Positions 26,976 through 39,918 are shown, counted from the first letter of the stretch. The stretch: 64,000 nucleotides of DNA from Eledone cirrhosa (GCA_964016885.1 OZ024753.1:42780001-42844000), one strand, 5' to 3'. Notes: generated by a model from the sequence alone, not told the origin. A program made the numbers and translations.

Positions 26976-27720
26976 GGTCACCACTTTAGCAGAGTTAGTT
27001 ATAGAGTAGTCGTTACTTTAGCAGGGTGGTTGATTGAAGGTTCGTTAGTTGCCAGTGTGGTAAGTGATAGTATCCTCGTTGGATTATCTTGTCGACATAG
27101 ACGTGAGGGAAGGTCCCTCGATCTATTTACAATATTCCTTTCGTCAGGTCGCCAATTCCAGCAGCATGGATTATAGATGTTATTGAGACACGAGTAACAT
27201 AATAATGATTTCAACAGCAGTAATTAGAGATGAAATGTATGTTTATTTTTTGATGTAGCACAAACAATGGTGTTGTACAGAGGCTGGTTTCTGGCGTGTG
27301 ATCAGTCGGCTTTCCAGTGGCTGTCTGTCTTTTCTTTCTGGCGTTCTCAACCGGCGTTGTTCTATCAAGGGGCGTGAGGCGTCTTACTACAGATCAAACT
27401 AAATCATTTTGAAGACCTGAGAGCAAAGGTGACGATTCGATCTAACATGTCTGACACTTTGTACTCACAGTACTCTCTACCTGTAGTCTCATATGGAAAT
27501 TATTGGCTGGATTAAAGTCTCGTGAAAGACATCAAAACTAGAAACAAAATTAACCCAAGCTGTTGAAAGCAATGAGAAATCCCATTTTTTATATTATATA
27601 TATATAACAAAGGAAATGTGGTAAGGAACCAGATGGACCATAACGCACCGGAGTACTCAATAAGAGTAGTAGAGTGGGAAATAGGAAAAAGTATGACCCG
27701 ATGGCAGGGTCATACTTTTT

Positions 27721-27794
<74 letters not shown>

Positions 27795-28036
27795 GGAGGT
27801 GAGTTTTATTGTAGTACAATAAAGCAATGCAGATATCGGATATGTTGATTTTAAAACTGCACTATTCACAAGTGTGTTTTAACCTTCATATCATGTCTCC
27901 CTATTTTATCTGACGAAAACGCAAATGTTATTGCATGATGATATTTGCTTTTGAAATGCGCATAATAAAATACATGGAACTCTTTTAACCATCTTTTGAT
28001 CTTATATATTATTATTATTATTATATATATATATAA

Positions 28037-28114
28037 AGTGGTAACACAACAGTTAGTTCACCATACCGGGAACAATTGTTCTCGGTATGGTGAACTAACT
28101 GTTGTGTTACCACT
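28037..28114. repeat. 78-bp near-perfect palindrome next to (TA)n
   Basis: AGTGGTAACACAACAGTTAGTTCACCATACCGGGAACAA|TTGTTCTCGGTATGGTGAACTAACTGTTGTGTTACCACT. One arm recurs at about 31674-31712. Confidence 0.85.
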
Positions 28115-28350
28115 ACTACCAAACTCGTCCCATGGACTGAGTGCTCTTCCACTACGGATATTACTCTCTAGTGTTCTACCGCTATATATATATATTTGTA
28201 TTGGTGTTCCTACATAGCGATATAAATGTACGTATTGTATTTTTCATAAACGTCCCGTATATTATTCAATATACGATTGTACATACATATATATGTGTGC
28301 GTGTACTTATATACGAGTGTGTGTGTGTGTGTATATACAAGTTAATTTAA

Positions 28351-28585
28351 CCCTTTCCTTACAATATTTCTAATGAAAGACACTGCCCCTGGTTTCCAAA
28401 TAATTTTATAAACATTTGGAAGTATTTTCTAAAGTAACACATTCATTGTTAAATAGATGTTTGAAACGTAACAAAATCTCTCACAAAATATTATGATGGA
28501 AGATGTTTAGATAAATATAAATATAAACACTTTAAAATAGTTTTATAAGATAGAACCAGAGGTGGGGTTTGGGGTATCAAAAGGG
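28351..28585. mobile_element. TTAA-flanked MITE, second family
   Basis: TTAA|CCCTTT...AAAGGG|TTAA. Confidence 0.55.
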
Positions 28586-29514
28586 TTAAATTAAAGCAGC
28601 GTGTTCAGTTCAATACGAAATAGATATGACAGACATCAAACTTGTTGACTGAGGAAACCTGACTTAAATGAGTGCTTTAAAGACACTGTATCTATCTTTG
28701 TTTTAATATTGTAGGTGATTACGTCTTAATACGATGTTTTAATATAATTAATTTCAATTATTTTCTTTCGGGGGAAAATACAAACAAGATAGACTAGCAT
28801 TTTTCATATTGACTTGGGTGAAAATTTCATTATGAACGTCTAGTTTGGCTGCAGATGTCCAGGCAGGTACTTGTCAGTCTGTCAAGGAAACAGGTGCTCG
28901 CTTATAATCCTTACAATCGATACATCGCTTTGATCTTAATCGAATGCACCGACATGTATGAGAGAAGAAAGTTAAGACGACGATGTTGAGTTCTTCGCTA
29001 CTTAGCAACCAACCAGTTAGGAAAACACTCGAGAAATCAACAAATATAACTTCTACATTATTATGATACCTGAGAGAGAGGGAGAGGGAGATAGACCGAT
29101 TGTCTTTATTGATACTTTTCGTTGAGGTATCGATAAAAATCGTTTGTTTTAAGTTGCCGTGCAACTTTTGAAACCGTCACCGACATTGTATAAATTAAGT
29201 TAGGCGTTAACTTTGCTGCTTGGACGAACGTTTCTTAAGATGTATTTGATGACAAGTCTTGTACTTAATAACAGCTAAGTCTCTCCCAATGAGACTACTT
29301 CGCAAATGACTTTGTCTTCAATCTATAAGACGATAATTATCTTCCGTTTATCACATGCTAGTTCTATTCTACTGCTGCTCAAAAAAGTGGGCCTCCGATA
29401 AAATGCTTTGCACTATTTTCTGTGCTCTGAGTTCAAATCTCTCCCGAGGGAGGTCAGTTTTGCCTGTTATCTTTTCGAGGTCGATAAAACTGCACTTGCC
29501 TAATACTGGGGTCG

Positions 29515-29578
<64 letters not shown>

Positions 29579-29665
29579 GGAAAAATTTGAACAGGAACAA
29601 AACAGAGAGGCAGTACAACGAATGTTTATTAATTTCACGCTCTGGAGAGGGTGGTGGTGGTGGGG

Positions 29666-29699
29666 AACGACGTTTCGGGCATAAGCCCTTCCTCAGGTG
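29666..29699 (-). ncRNA. Minimal type I hammerhead motif
   Basis: Minus strand reads AC-CTGAGGA-A-GGGC TTAT GCCC-GAAA-CG-TC-GT, inside a (TA)n-flanked element at about 29577-29850. Confidence 0.55.
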
Positions 29700-29889
29700 A
29701 GAAGTGTGTGGGAACAGAGTTCAAAGGGTGTGTAGGGGAGTGGTGGAGAGACATATAGCGAAAGGAAACGGTGCGAATGAAATTAAAAATAAAAATAAAG
29801 CATGATCAAAATACAAGGAATGAAATAAAATTAAATATAAAAGCATGATCATATATATATATATATATCCTTCTTACTTCCTCTCTCAC

Positions 29890-30195
29890 TATATCTCTTC
29901 TCTGGAGAAATCGGCTGCGTTCAGACCTGAAAAAGAATGAGCTGCACTAGGTTAAACATTTCCTAGAGAAATACGATGAACGCCTTCGTTTTTTCTGATA
30001 TTGTGAGAAAGACAGGTGTGAGATTTGCAGATTTTTGCCATTATTCCTGAAAGGAAGCTGTGTCTCCTTTGGTGTTTTGGAAACCAGAATCTGTCAAAGG
30101 TTTTCCTTTCCAGATGTCGTAACTAGAGACCCTGGTATTGATGTTCAGGATTTAGGCAATGTAATGAGTGACAGACCTACATGGATGAGAAACCA
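29890..30195 (+). mobile_element. Degenerate RTE-like LINE ORF end
   Basis: FPDVVTRDPGIDVQDLGNVMSDRPTWMR resembles the RTE C-terminal D...RD.G....L...M.DR..WR pattern. Confidence 0.5.
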
Positions 30196-31637
30196 GCATC
30201 TGTCAAAAGTGCTCCTTTCCAGATGTCGTAATTAGAGACCCCTGGTATTGATGTTCGGGATCTAGGCAAGTGACAGACCTACATGCATCAGAAACCAGCA
30301 TCTGTCAAAAGTGCTCCTTTCCAGATGTCGTAATTAGAGACCCCTGGTATTGATGTTCGGGATCTAGGCAGGTGACAGACCTACATGGATGAGAAACCAG
30401 CATCTGTCAAAAGTTCTCCTTTCCAGATGTCGTAATTAGAGACCCCTGGTATTGATGTTCGGGATCTAGGCAGGTGACAGACCTACATGGATGAGAAACC
30501 AGCATCTGTCAAAAGTGCTCCTTTCCAGATGTCGTAATTAGAGACCCCTGGTATTGATGTTCGGGATCTAGGCAAGTGACAGACCTACATGGATGAGAAA
30601 CCAGCATCTGTCAAAAGTGCTCCTTTCCAGATGTCGTAATTAGAGACCCCTGGTATTGATGTTCGGGATCTAGGCAAGTGACAGACCTACATGGATGAGA
30701 AACCAGCATCTGTCAAAAGTGCTCCTTTCCAGATGTCGTAATTAGAGACCCCTGGTATTGATGTTCGGGATCTAGGCAAGTGACAGACCTACATGGATGA
30801 GAAACCAGCATCTGTCAAAAGTGCTCCTTTCCAGATGTCGTAATTAGAGACCCCTGGTATTGATGTTCGGGATCTAGGCAAGTGACAGACCTACATGGAT
30901 GAGAAACCAGCATCTGTCAAAAGTGCTCCTTTCCAGATGTCGTAATTAGAGACCCCTGGTATTGATGTTCGGGATCTAGGCAAGTGACAGACCTACATGG
31001 ATGAGAAACCAGCATCTGTCAAAAGTGCTCCTTTCCAGATGTCGTAATTAGAGACCCCTGGCATTGATGTTCGGGATCTAGGCAAGTGACAGACCTACAT
31101 GGATGAGAAACCAGCATCTGTCAAAAGTTCTCCTTTCCAGATGTCGTAATTAGAGACCCCTGGTATTGATGTTCGGGATCTAGGCAAGTGACAGACCTAC
31201 ATGGATGAGAAACCAGCATCTGTCAAAAGTTCTCCTTTCCAGATGTCGTAATTAGAGACCCCTGGCATTGATGTTCGGGATCTAGGCAAGTGACAGACCT
31301 ACATGGATGAGAAACCAGCATCTGTCAAAAGTTCTCCTTTCCAGATGTCGTAATTAGAGACCCCTGGTATTGATGTTCGGGATCTAGGCAAGTGACAGAC
31401 CTACATGGATGAGAAACCAGCATCTGTCAAAAGTTCTCCTTTCCAGATGTCGTAATTAGAGACCCCTGGTATTGATGTTCGGGAGCTAGGCAAGTGACAG
31501 ACCTACATGGATGAGAAACCAGCATCTGTCAAAAGTTCTCCTTTCCAGATGTCGTAATTAGAGACCCCTGGTATTGATGTTCGGGATCTAGGCAAGTGAC
31601 AGACCTACATGGATGAGAAACCAGCATCTGTCAAAAG
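30080..31637 (+). repeat. 102-bp tandem satellite, about 15 copies
   Basis: CCAGCATCTGTCAAAAG recurs at 30601, 30703 ... 31621 (period 102). Confidence 0.95.
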
Positions 31638-31898
31638 CAAAAGAGGTGACAGGATCCGCGTGGGTTGGGACAGTTGTTCTCGGTATGGTGAGCTAGCTGT
31701 TGTGTTACTACTTTTTATATATGTGTATATAGGTTTATCCCAGGTTCAATCCCAGGTTTAACCACAGTAAGTAAGGTACTCAATACAAAGCAGAGTATAA
31801 ATATTCAATATAGAAATGGCTTCTACACGACTAGAACTGTTTCGTTCGGGGCTTCCTGATGATTTCTCCCAAATGAAACAGTTCTGGCCCTGTAGAAG

Positions 31899-31930
<32 letters not shown>

Positions 31931-32444
31931 TTCTTTCTTTCTCCCTCTCTCTTTCTCTCTCTTTCTCTCTCTCTCTTTCTCTCTCTCTCTCTACACACAC
32001 ACGTGTGTGTATATATATATGTGTGTATATATATATACACACACATATGTGTGTGTGACAGACGGGCCTCTACAGTTTTTGTGTGTTAAATATCTCTTAC
32101 TATAAGACATTGACCAACCGAAGGCTATAATATAGTAGAAGACATGTTCCTCAGGTGCTACACAGTAGGACTGAATCCCTAACTATGTGGTTGTAGCATG
32201 AATCCCTTAACTACACACCTCAAGCCTGTACGGTATATAACCTCATACAACTTCAAAGACTTTTCTGCTGTATTAATTAATGTATATTTGTTTAATTTTA
32301 ATTTTTTATACCTTTAATCAATCTAATTGTCCTTGTAATGCTAGTAAGCCATGACTGACTGCAAAAGCCATCTAATACCTCATATATATATATATACACA
32401 CAGGGTGCACCCTATATACACACACTCTAATAGCATTCTAATAA

Positions 32445-32651
32445 ATGGTTTCTAATTTAGGCACAAGGCCAGCAATTTTGAGAGGGGAAAGTTGATTAAA
32501 TCGACCTCAGTGCACCACTGGTACTTTATTTTATCGACCCCGTAAGGATGAAAGGCAAAGTTAACCTTGGCGGGATTTGAACTCGGATCATAAAGGGCCG
32601 TAACTCTATGCTGCAAAGCATGGCGTCTGACCCTCTACCGATACTGCCAAC
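32445..32651 (-). mobile_element. SINE family A nested in a Tc1-type MITE
   Basis: Reverse complement of family A, with MITE halves at 32401-32445 and 32651-32702. Confidence 0.8.
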
Positions 32652-32832
32652 ATATTGCTTGTACAGGTAATCAAACTGTGCATAAATTTTTTGGGGACAC
32701 TGTATATATAAGAAACAAAAAACAGGTGACATAGAGAGAAAAAAAGAAAAGAAAAATGGACAGATATAGAGTAGTTAAATGTTTCTGTTGTCGAAGCATT
32801 TTGTAACCTTCATGAATTGGAAGATTCTAATT

Positions 32833-33140
32833 ATAGTGAAGCATTGGCCTTGCAATCGAAAGGTTATGAGTTCAATTCTCAGACCGGGTGATGTGTTGTT
32901 TCCTTGAGCAAGACACTTTATTTCACATTGCTCCAGTTTACTCAGCTGTAGAAATGAGATGATAGGGACCCCAGAGTGGTCATGGAGGTGCCACGGCAAA
33001 AAAGCACCCAGCACTCACTGTAAATGAGGTTGGTGTTAGGAAGGGCATCCAGCTGTAGAAATCAAGCCAGAATCAGTTCCCGTCCCACCCTTGCAAGCAG
33101 GGAAAAGCAGACGTAAAATGATGATGATGATGATGATGAT
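32833..33140 (+). mobile_element. tRNA-derived CORE-like SINE family B with RTE tail
   Basis: B-box GAGTTCAATTCTC; central CCTTGAGCAAGACACTTT..CCAGTTTACTCAGCTGTAGAAATG; tail CCCACCCTTGCAAGCAGGGAAAAG..(ATG)n. Confidence 0.8.
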
Positions 33141-33297
33141 TCTTGACAAAATATTCCATCTCAAAAATTGGTAGTATTTAAAAACCAGTTTTATAATGTC
33201 TCCTTGTTTTTTTTTCTCTCAGAATGGTAATGTTTCTGTTGTTGAATCTACTATGGTCTTCGTGAATCGGGAACATATTATTAGTGAACATATTATT

Positions 33298-33492
33298 AGG
33301 GCAGTGGATTGGCAGTACTGGTAGAGGATCTGACGCCATGCTTTGCATAAAGAGTTATGCCCCTTTATGATCCGAGTTCAAATCCCACCAAGATTAACTT
33401 TTCCTTTCATCCTTAGGGGGTCGATAAAATAAAGCACCAGTAATACACTGGGATAATTGCTGGCCTTGTGCCAAAAGTAGAAACAATTATTA
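33298..33492 (+). mobile_element. SINE family A
   Basis: Matches 24174-24395 and 43196-43385. Confidence 0.85.
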
Positions 33493-33644
33493 GGGGTTAG
33501 TGTATGATAGAAAATATATTGTAGTTCAACCTTCCTTGCTATTTTTAAGACCTGTTTTAACAAATGCTTTCTCTCTCTCAGAATGTTAACTGTTTTTATA
33601 TTGGAACAAATATCATAAAATAACTTCCTTTTTTTTCTTTTCAG

Positions 33645-33878
33645 CCAAAAATTGCTACTACAATGGCAAAATTAAACAATATATGGGGAAGAAATCTGTA
33701 ACAGCCAATCTTTATACCTGTAAAAAATGGGAAGATCAAAGTATTTACAAACCACAAAGTTTTGCAGACAAAGTTTACCCCGAAAATTATTGTCGTGTGA
33801 CCCATGATTCTAAAAGGAATTGGTGCTATACAACTGACCGGAAAATGCGATGGGACTACTGTAACGTGAAAGATTGTA
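33645..33878 (+). CDS. Internal exon: kringle domain
   Basis: Long pyrimidine tract plus cag, donor gtaagt, 234 nt, phase 1-1. Encodes KNCYYNGKIKQYMGKKSVTANLYTCKKWEDQ...PENYCRVTHDSKRNWCYTTDRKMRWDYCNVKDC, with six Cys and the NYCR and WCYT motifs. Confidence 0.92.
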
Positions 33879-33928
33879 GTAAGTTGATATCTTCTATTGT
33901 GTGTGTCTGCCTGTGTGTATATTTGTGT

Positions 33929-34290
33929 ATCATCATCATTTTACGTCTGCTTTTCCCTGCTTGCAAGGGTGGGACGGGTCCTATTCAGCACAGCATCTCT
34001 CCACTTGTCATGGTCCTTCGTTATCTCCTCCATGAGTTTCAGTGATGTGAAGACAGCTCTCACCACTTCTGCCCATGTTTTTCGTGGTCTACCTCTACTG
34101 CGTCTTCCTTCTACTGGGATTTATTGGCACTTCTTTACCCAGTGCTCTTCCTCCATGTGCATCACATGTCCATACCATCTCAGTCTTCTCTCCTGCACAC
34201 CACAACATATCCCTCTTATACCCAGTTTCTTTCTCAACTCGTCTATACTTGGTCGTTCATGCACAGTGACATTGCACATCCAACGGAGCG
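33929..34290 (-). mobile_element. RTE-clade LINE 3' fragment
   Basis: Minus strand encodes ELRKKLGIRGI..VQERRLRWYGHVMHMEEEHWVKKC..VEGRRSRGRPRKTW and ends in an (ATG)n tail. Confidence 0.85.
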
Positions 34291-34397
34291 CGTATATCAT
34301 CATCATCATCATCATCATCGTTTAACTTCCATCTTCCACGCTTGCATGGGTTTGGACGGGAGTTTTCCCACTTGAGGCAAGATTGGTTGTCTTGCTC

Positions 34398-34431
<34 letters not shown>

Positions 34432-34526
34432 GGGGTGTCACATATATATCATCATCATCGTTTAATGTCCATTTCCCATGCTAGCATATATATATTGGTA
34501 TCTACCTGTCTATGGTGGGGCCAATA

Positions 34527-34574
<48 letters not shown>

Positions 34575-34579
<5 letters not shown>

Positions 34580-34895
34580 GTTAGAGCATTGGCCTTGCAA
34601 TCGAAAGGTTGTGAGTTCAATTCTCAGACTGGGTGATGTGTTGTCTCCTTGAGCAAGACACTTTATTTCACATTGCTCCAGTTTACTCAGCTGTAGAAAT
34701 GAGATGATAGGGACTGGGGTCCCTATCATTCCACTGCACAGTGGTCGTGGAGGCGCCACGGCAAAAAAGCACCCAGCAGTCACTGTAAATGAGGTTGGTG
34801 TTAGGAAGGGCATCCAGCTGTAGAAATCAAGCCAGCATCAGTTCCCGTCCCACCCTTGCAAGCATGGAAAAGTGGACGTGAAATAATGATGATGA
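34575..34895 (+). mobile_element. SINE family B
   Basis: Near full-length; matches 32833-33140. Confidence 0.85.
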
Positions 34896-35264
34896 TATAT
34901 AACCCATGCTAGCGTGGAAGAACGGACGTATGATGATGATGATGATAATGAAAATGCTATTTTTCACTTAACCTTTCTTCCAATTCTCTAAAAGCTCTGT
35001 GGTATTAAATGAGTTAATACATACACTTGGCTGGGATTAGGGGTGGGGTGCAGCTAACCTGGTTATTTCTTACTCTACGTCTAATAAAGCTAGTTGCTAA
35101 TTGCTCTGAACATTTTAATGATCTATATTTACATATATTTGCATAGCAGATCTAGAGCAAAGTTATATTTTTGGAGGTATTTTTTTTTTAAAACTTTTAT
35201 TTCTATTTTTATTGCTATTTGCAATAATTCAGTGTGACTTTGTTAATATTCTTTTATATTTTTA

Positions 35265-35978
35265 CTGTGGCCATGCTGGGGCACCACGTTATTGTATTTC
35301 TCTACTGGTTTCAGTCATTAGACTGTGGCCAGGCTGGGGCACCACGTCATTGTATTTCTCTACTGGTTTCAGTCATTAGACTGTGGCCAGGCTGGGGCAC
35401 CACGTCATTGTATTTCTCTACTGGTTTCAGTCATTAGACTGGCCATGCTGGGGCACCACGTCATTGTATTTCTCTACTGGTTTCAGTCATTAGACTGTGG
35501 CCAGGCTGGGGCACCACATTCTTGTATTCCTCTACTGGTTTCAGTCATTAAACTGTGGCCATGCTGGGGCACCACATTCTTGTATTTCTCTACTGGTTTC
35601 AGTCATTAGACTGTGGCCATGCTGGGGCACCACATTCTTGTATTTCTCTACTGGTTTCAGTCATTAGACAGTGGCCAGGCTGGGGCACCACATTCTTGTA
35701 TTCCTCTACTGGTTTCAGTCATTAAACTGTGGCCATGCTGGGGCACCACATTCTTGTATTTCTCTACTGGTTTCAGTCATTAGACTGTGGCCAGGCTGGG
35801 GCACCACATTCTTTTATACTTTTACTGATTAGTCATTAGACTGTGGCCATGCTGGAGCACCACATTATTGTATTCCTCTACTGGTTTGTCATTAGATTGT
35901 GGCCATGCTGGGGTGCCACATACTTTTGTTATCTTACTGGTTTCAGTCATTACTGTGCCCATGCTGGGGCACCACGTT
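35265..35978. repeat. 58-bp tandem repeat, about 12 copies
   Basis: Unit CTGTGGCCATGCTGGGGCACCACATTCTTGTATTTCTCTACTGGTTTCAGTCATTAGA. Confidence 0.9.
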
Positions 35979-36334
35979 AGCCAGGAAGAAATAGAGAGGG
36001 AAAGAACTAAAATAATTAAATCAGATGTTCGTCCTAAGATGAAACAATGATGTTGAGAGTAAGGAGGTGGCATAAGACAGAAGTGGTGAAAGTAGAAGGA
36101 AGAGGAATATATAGGAAAAAAGACTGAAGTAATTGGGGTGAGAGATAAATTTAGAGAAAAAAAGAGAGAATGGTAGAGGAAAAGTTTCACATGTGGTATA
36201 TAGTCGTAGGGGGTGTTGTATGGCTATACAGTGTTTCTTGAGCTGGTGAAGCCCATCGATCTCCAGGCCTGAGTATAGCAGATTTCTTCCAGAGTAAGAT
36301 ATAAAGTGAGAGAAAAGAAGTGAACAAGAGATTT

Positions 36335-36795
36335 AGAGGAGAATCGACCCCAGTACTAGACTGATACTTTTTTTTATCAACTTTGAAAGGATGAAAAGCA
36401 AAGTTCACTTCAGCAGGATTTCAAATCAGAGAGCAGCTAGCCGGAATAAATACCACAAAGCCCCCTATCTGATGTTCTAACAACTCTGCCAATTTTCCAC
36501 CTCCATTTTTTTTTTTTCTTTTTTGAACTCGGCGCTCATCAAGCCAGTGCTTATCCTGGTTTCCATGGTGTTAAGCAACTGAGAGTACAATACTTCCCCC
36601 TGGACAGGACACCAGTCCATCACAGAGTTAAACTCCCAACTATTGCTGGTACTCATTTTCAGTTGAGTATACTGGAGCAACATGAAATTAAATGTTTTGC
36701 TCAAGAAATCAACACACAGCCCAGTTCAGTAGTTGACTCCACAGTGTTAGGGTCATAAGTCCAACACCCTTACCACTAGGCCATGTGCCTCCATT
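36335..36795 (-). mobile_element. Two adjacent older SINEs (family A, then family B-related)
   Basis: Family A remnant at 36335-36502 and a CORE-like remnant at 36535-36795. A similar element lies at 56285-56540. Confidence 0.6.
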
Positions 36796-37968
36796 CAACA
36801 TAGGGCAAGTGAATTGGTTTAGACTTGATTTGAAACCTCATTGCTGCCATCACTGCTTACTGGGACCTTAACATTATTTTCTCCTACCCATAACATTAAT
36901 GCAACTCCTCTAAGTTAATATAATCTGTGGATGTTGAAAACATTCCTTTATAATCACGTAGATGATATCCATTATCAATGGTTATCAACTGTACGATCAT
37001 AAATAGAATGTTATCCGAGGTAACGGAATGTCCTAAACGGGACATTAAGTTATATAATATCGTTTTAACGTATTTCATCTTATTTAAAGAATGAACGGCT
37101 TTGCAAATTCACATTAAATATTTACATTTAAATTCGCATATTTGCTTTGTGTATACATTAAAACAATAGTTTCGATGACACCTAATATGTTCACAATAGT
37201 TACATTTTATCTCTTAAATCACCTGATATATCAGAACAATGTTTCGCATTCTGCTATTGTATTATGTGTTTCCACATTTCCCAGCTTGATTTCAATTTTA
37301 GACAAAGAATTTACTTGCCTAATATTGAAAAATACCTCTTTTTTTAAAGCTGACTAATTAAAAAAAAATTCTGTTTGCTCGCTGAAACTGCATCATGAAT
37401 TTTAGATTACATTAAACAGAAGCAGTGATATATATTTACATTATCTCTTAAAATTCTGTAATGATTTAGCAGAAAATATCTAAAAATGGGTTTTCATTTA
37501 TTTCTTCACATGTTTATAGTATCTTTGTTGGTGAGCAAACTGTTGTGAAAATTTACAGTATTAAAGAAAACAGTTTAATTTTTTAATGCTATGCTGTCAT
37601 GGTGTTTTGCTAATGTCGTTTCATGTGGTTCGTTCATTCAAATGTTTATAGTATTTTCACTAAGGGACAGATCATGTATACATTTCCAGTATTAGAGAAA
37701 TATTGCAATCATAGTGCTGCTTTGTACTTTTCAAGAATGTCTTGATAATACAATTTCATACGGTTTATAGTATCTTTACTAGTGGACAGATCATTGGGAA
37801 AATTTGCAGTATTAGAATAAAAATCTATATGGTTAATGTGATGTAGTCATAAAGATGTTTTGTACTTTTCATGAGTATTTTGATAATGTGGTTTCTTGTG
37901 GTACAGGATTTAACTACAAATTTAACAACATTTACAAATACTTATTGCTTTTGTCTTTTCTTATACAG

Positions 37969-38106
37969 AATGCATTCCAGGTCGGTTTGGAAATAATTGT
38001 GAAAAAGAATGCCACTGTAAGGACCCTGATGAAGTATGTAACAGCATCCTTGGTCATTGTACCAGTGGTTGTGCCTTGGGATGGACTAATTCGGATTGCC
38101 AGAAAG
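37969..38106 (+). CDS. Internal exon: EGF-laminin/MEGF-like repeat
   Basis: Acceptor ttatacag, donor gtaggc, 138 nt, phase 1-1. Encodes CIPGRFGNNCEKECHCKDPDEVCNSILGHCTSGCALGWTNSDCQK, in a frame missed by the ORF track. Confidence 0.9.
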
Positions 38107-38355
38107 GTAGGCTACACAAATATTTATCTATATATATTTCTCCATTCAGTGTATTGTTCAGATATTTGAGTACAGCACCCTTGAGTCCTACTCAAGTATC
38201 AGTACAGCTCCATTGAATCCTACTCGGGTAACTGAGTACAGCTCCCTTGAGTCCTACTCAGATATCTGAGTACATCTCCCCTGAGTACAGCTTACTTGAG
38301 TCCTACTCAGATATGAGTACAGCTTACTTGAGCCCTGCCATGTGGTTTATCTATA

Positions 38356-38740
38356 CAAGACATCATGGCAGCTGTATGATCCCACAAGAAGTTAAGAGCC
38401 CTGCAAGACATCATGGCATCTGTATGATCCCACAAGAAGTTAAGAGCCCTGCAAGACATCATGGCATCTGTATGATCCCACAAGAAGTTAAGAGCCCTGC
38501 AAGACATCATGGCATCTGTATGATCCCACAAGAAGTTAAGAGCCCTGCAAGACATCATGGCATCTGTATGATCCCACAAGAAGTTAAGAGCCCTGCAAGA
38601 CATCATGGCATCTGTATGATCCCACAAGAAGTTAAGAGCCCTGCAAGACATCATGGCATCTGTATGATCCCACAAGAAGTTAAGAGCCCTGCAAGACATC
38701 ATGGCATCTGTATTATCCCACAAGAAGTTAAGAGTCCCTG
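38356..38740. repeat. 48-bp tandem repeat, about 8 copies
   Basis: Unit CAAGACATCATGGCATCTGTATGATCCCACAAGAAGTTAAGAGCCCTG. Confidence 0.95.
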
Positions 38741-38895
38741 AGTAATGACATGTGACATGTCATTATATTTGTCATACATCACATTTCGATTCGTAGATCC
38801 TTTCCATTTGATAGAAATACCAGACACAATTTCTAAACATATCTGTTAAGGAAATCACTATTTCTCTGTTTTTTTTTGACAATGCTCAGATGGCA

Positions 38896-38938
<43 letters not shown>

Positions 38939-39039
38939 CGCACATATGTAATAAGACTTAGTGGTTTTGCATCTCTGTGTTTGTGTTTACTCTTGAACTA
39001 TATATCTATATATATATCTACATCTATCTAATAATATAT

Positions 39040-39434
39040 ATATATACACGCACACACACATATATAATCATCATCGTTTTTACATCCGTGTGTATGTAAG
39101 TATGTATGTATGTATACATATGTATGTATGTATACATAATACATATTTACATATACACACACACATACACACACACACACATACACATATATATAATCAT
39201 CGTTTTTACATCCGTGTGTATGTAAGTATGTATGTATGTATACATAATACATATTTACATATACACACACACATACACATACACACACATACACATATAT
39301 ATAATCATCGTTTTTACATCCGTGTACATGTAAGTATGTATTATGTATACACACACACACACATATATATATAATCATCGTTTTTACATCCGTGTACATG
39401 TAAGTATGTATTATGTATACACACACACACACAT

Positions 39435-39465
<31 letters not shown>

Positions 39466-39547
39466 ATCATCATCGTTTTTACATCCGTGTATATGTATTA
39501 TGCACAGACACACACACACACACATACACACACACACACACACACAT

Positions 39548-39580
<33 letters not shown>

Positions 39581-39844
39581 ATCACCATCATCGTTTTTAC
39601 ATCCGTCTATATGTATTATGTACACACACCCACACACACACACACACACACACAAACATACGTACACACACCCCCACACACACAAACATACGTACACACA
39701 CACATCATATTGATATTAATATGATTATTGATTGCCTGTCTTATAAATGTAGACAAAGTATTTCATTTGATTGTATTTCTGTTTCTATATGAAATGTTCT
39801 TTCCATACACCAACTGCACAGCATAAAACACTCTCTCTAAATCA

Positions 39845-39918
<74 letters not shown>

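Noticed and set aside
27240-27560. Unique GC-richer intronic stretch (also 28840-29350)
   Set aside because: It could be regulatory or LTR-derived, but shows no ORF, splice pattern or motif I can support.
38247-38741. 164-aa ORF with RHHGICMIPQEVKSPA repeats just after an exon
   Set aside because: It is the product of a 48-bp tandem repeat open on both strands, with no convincing splice sites.
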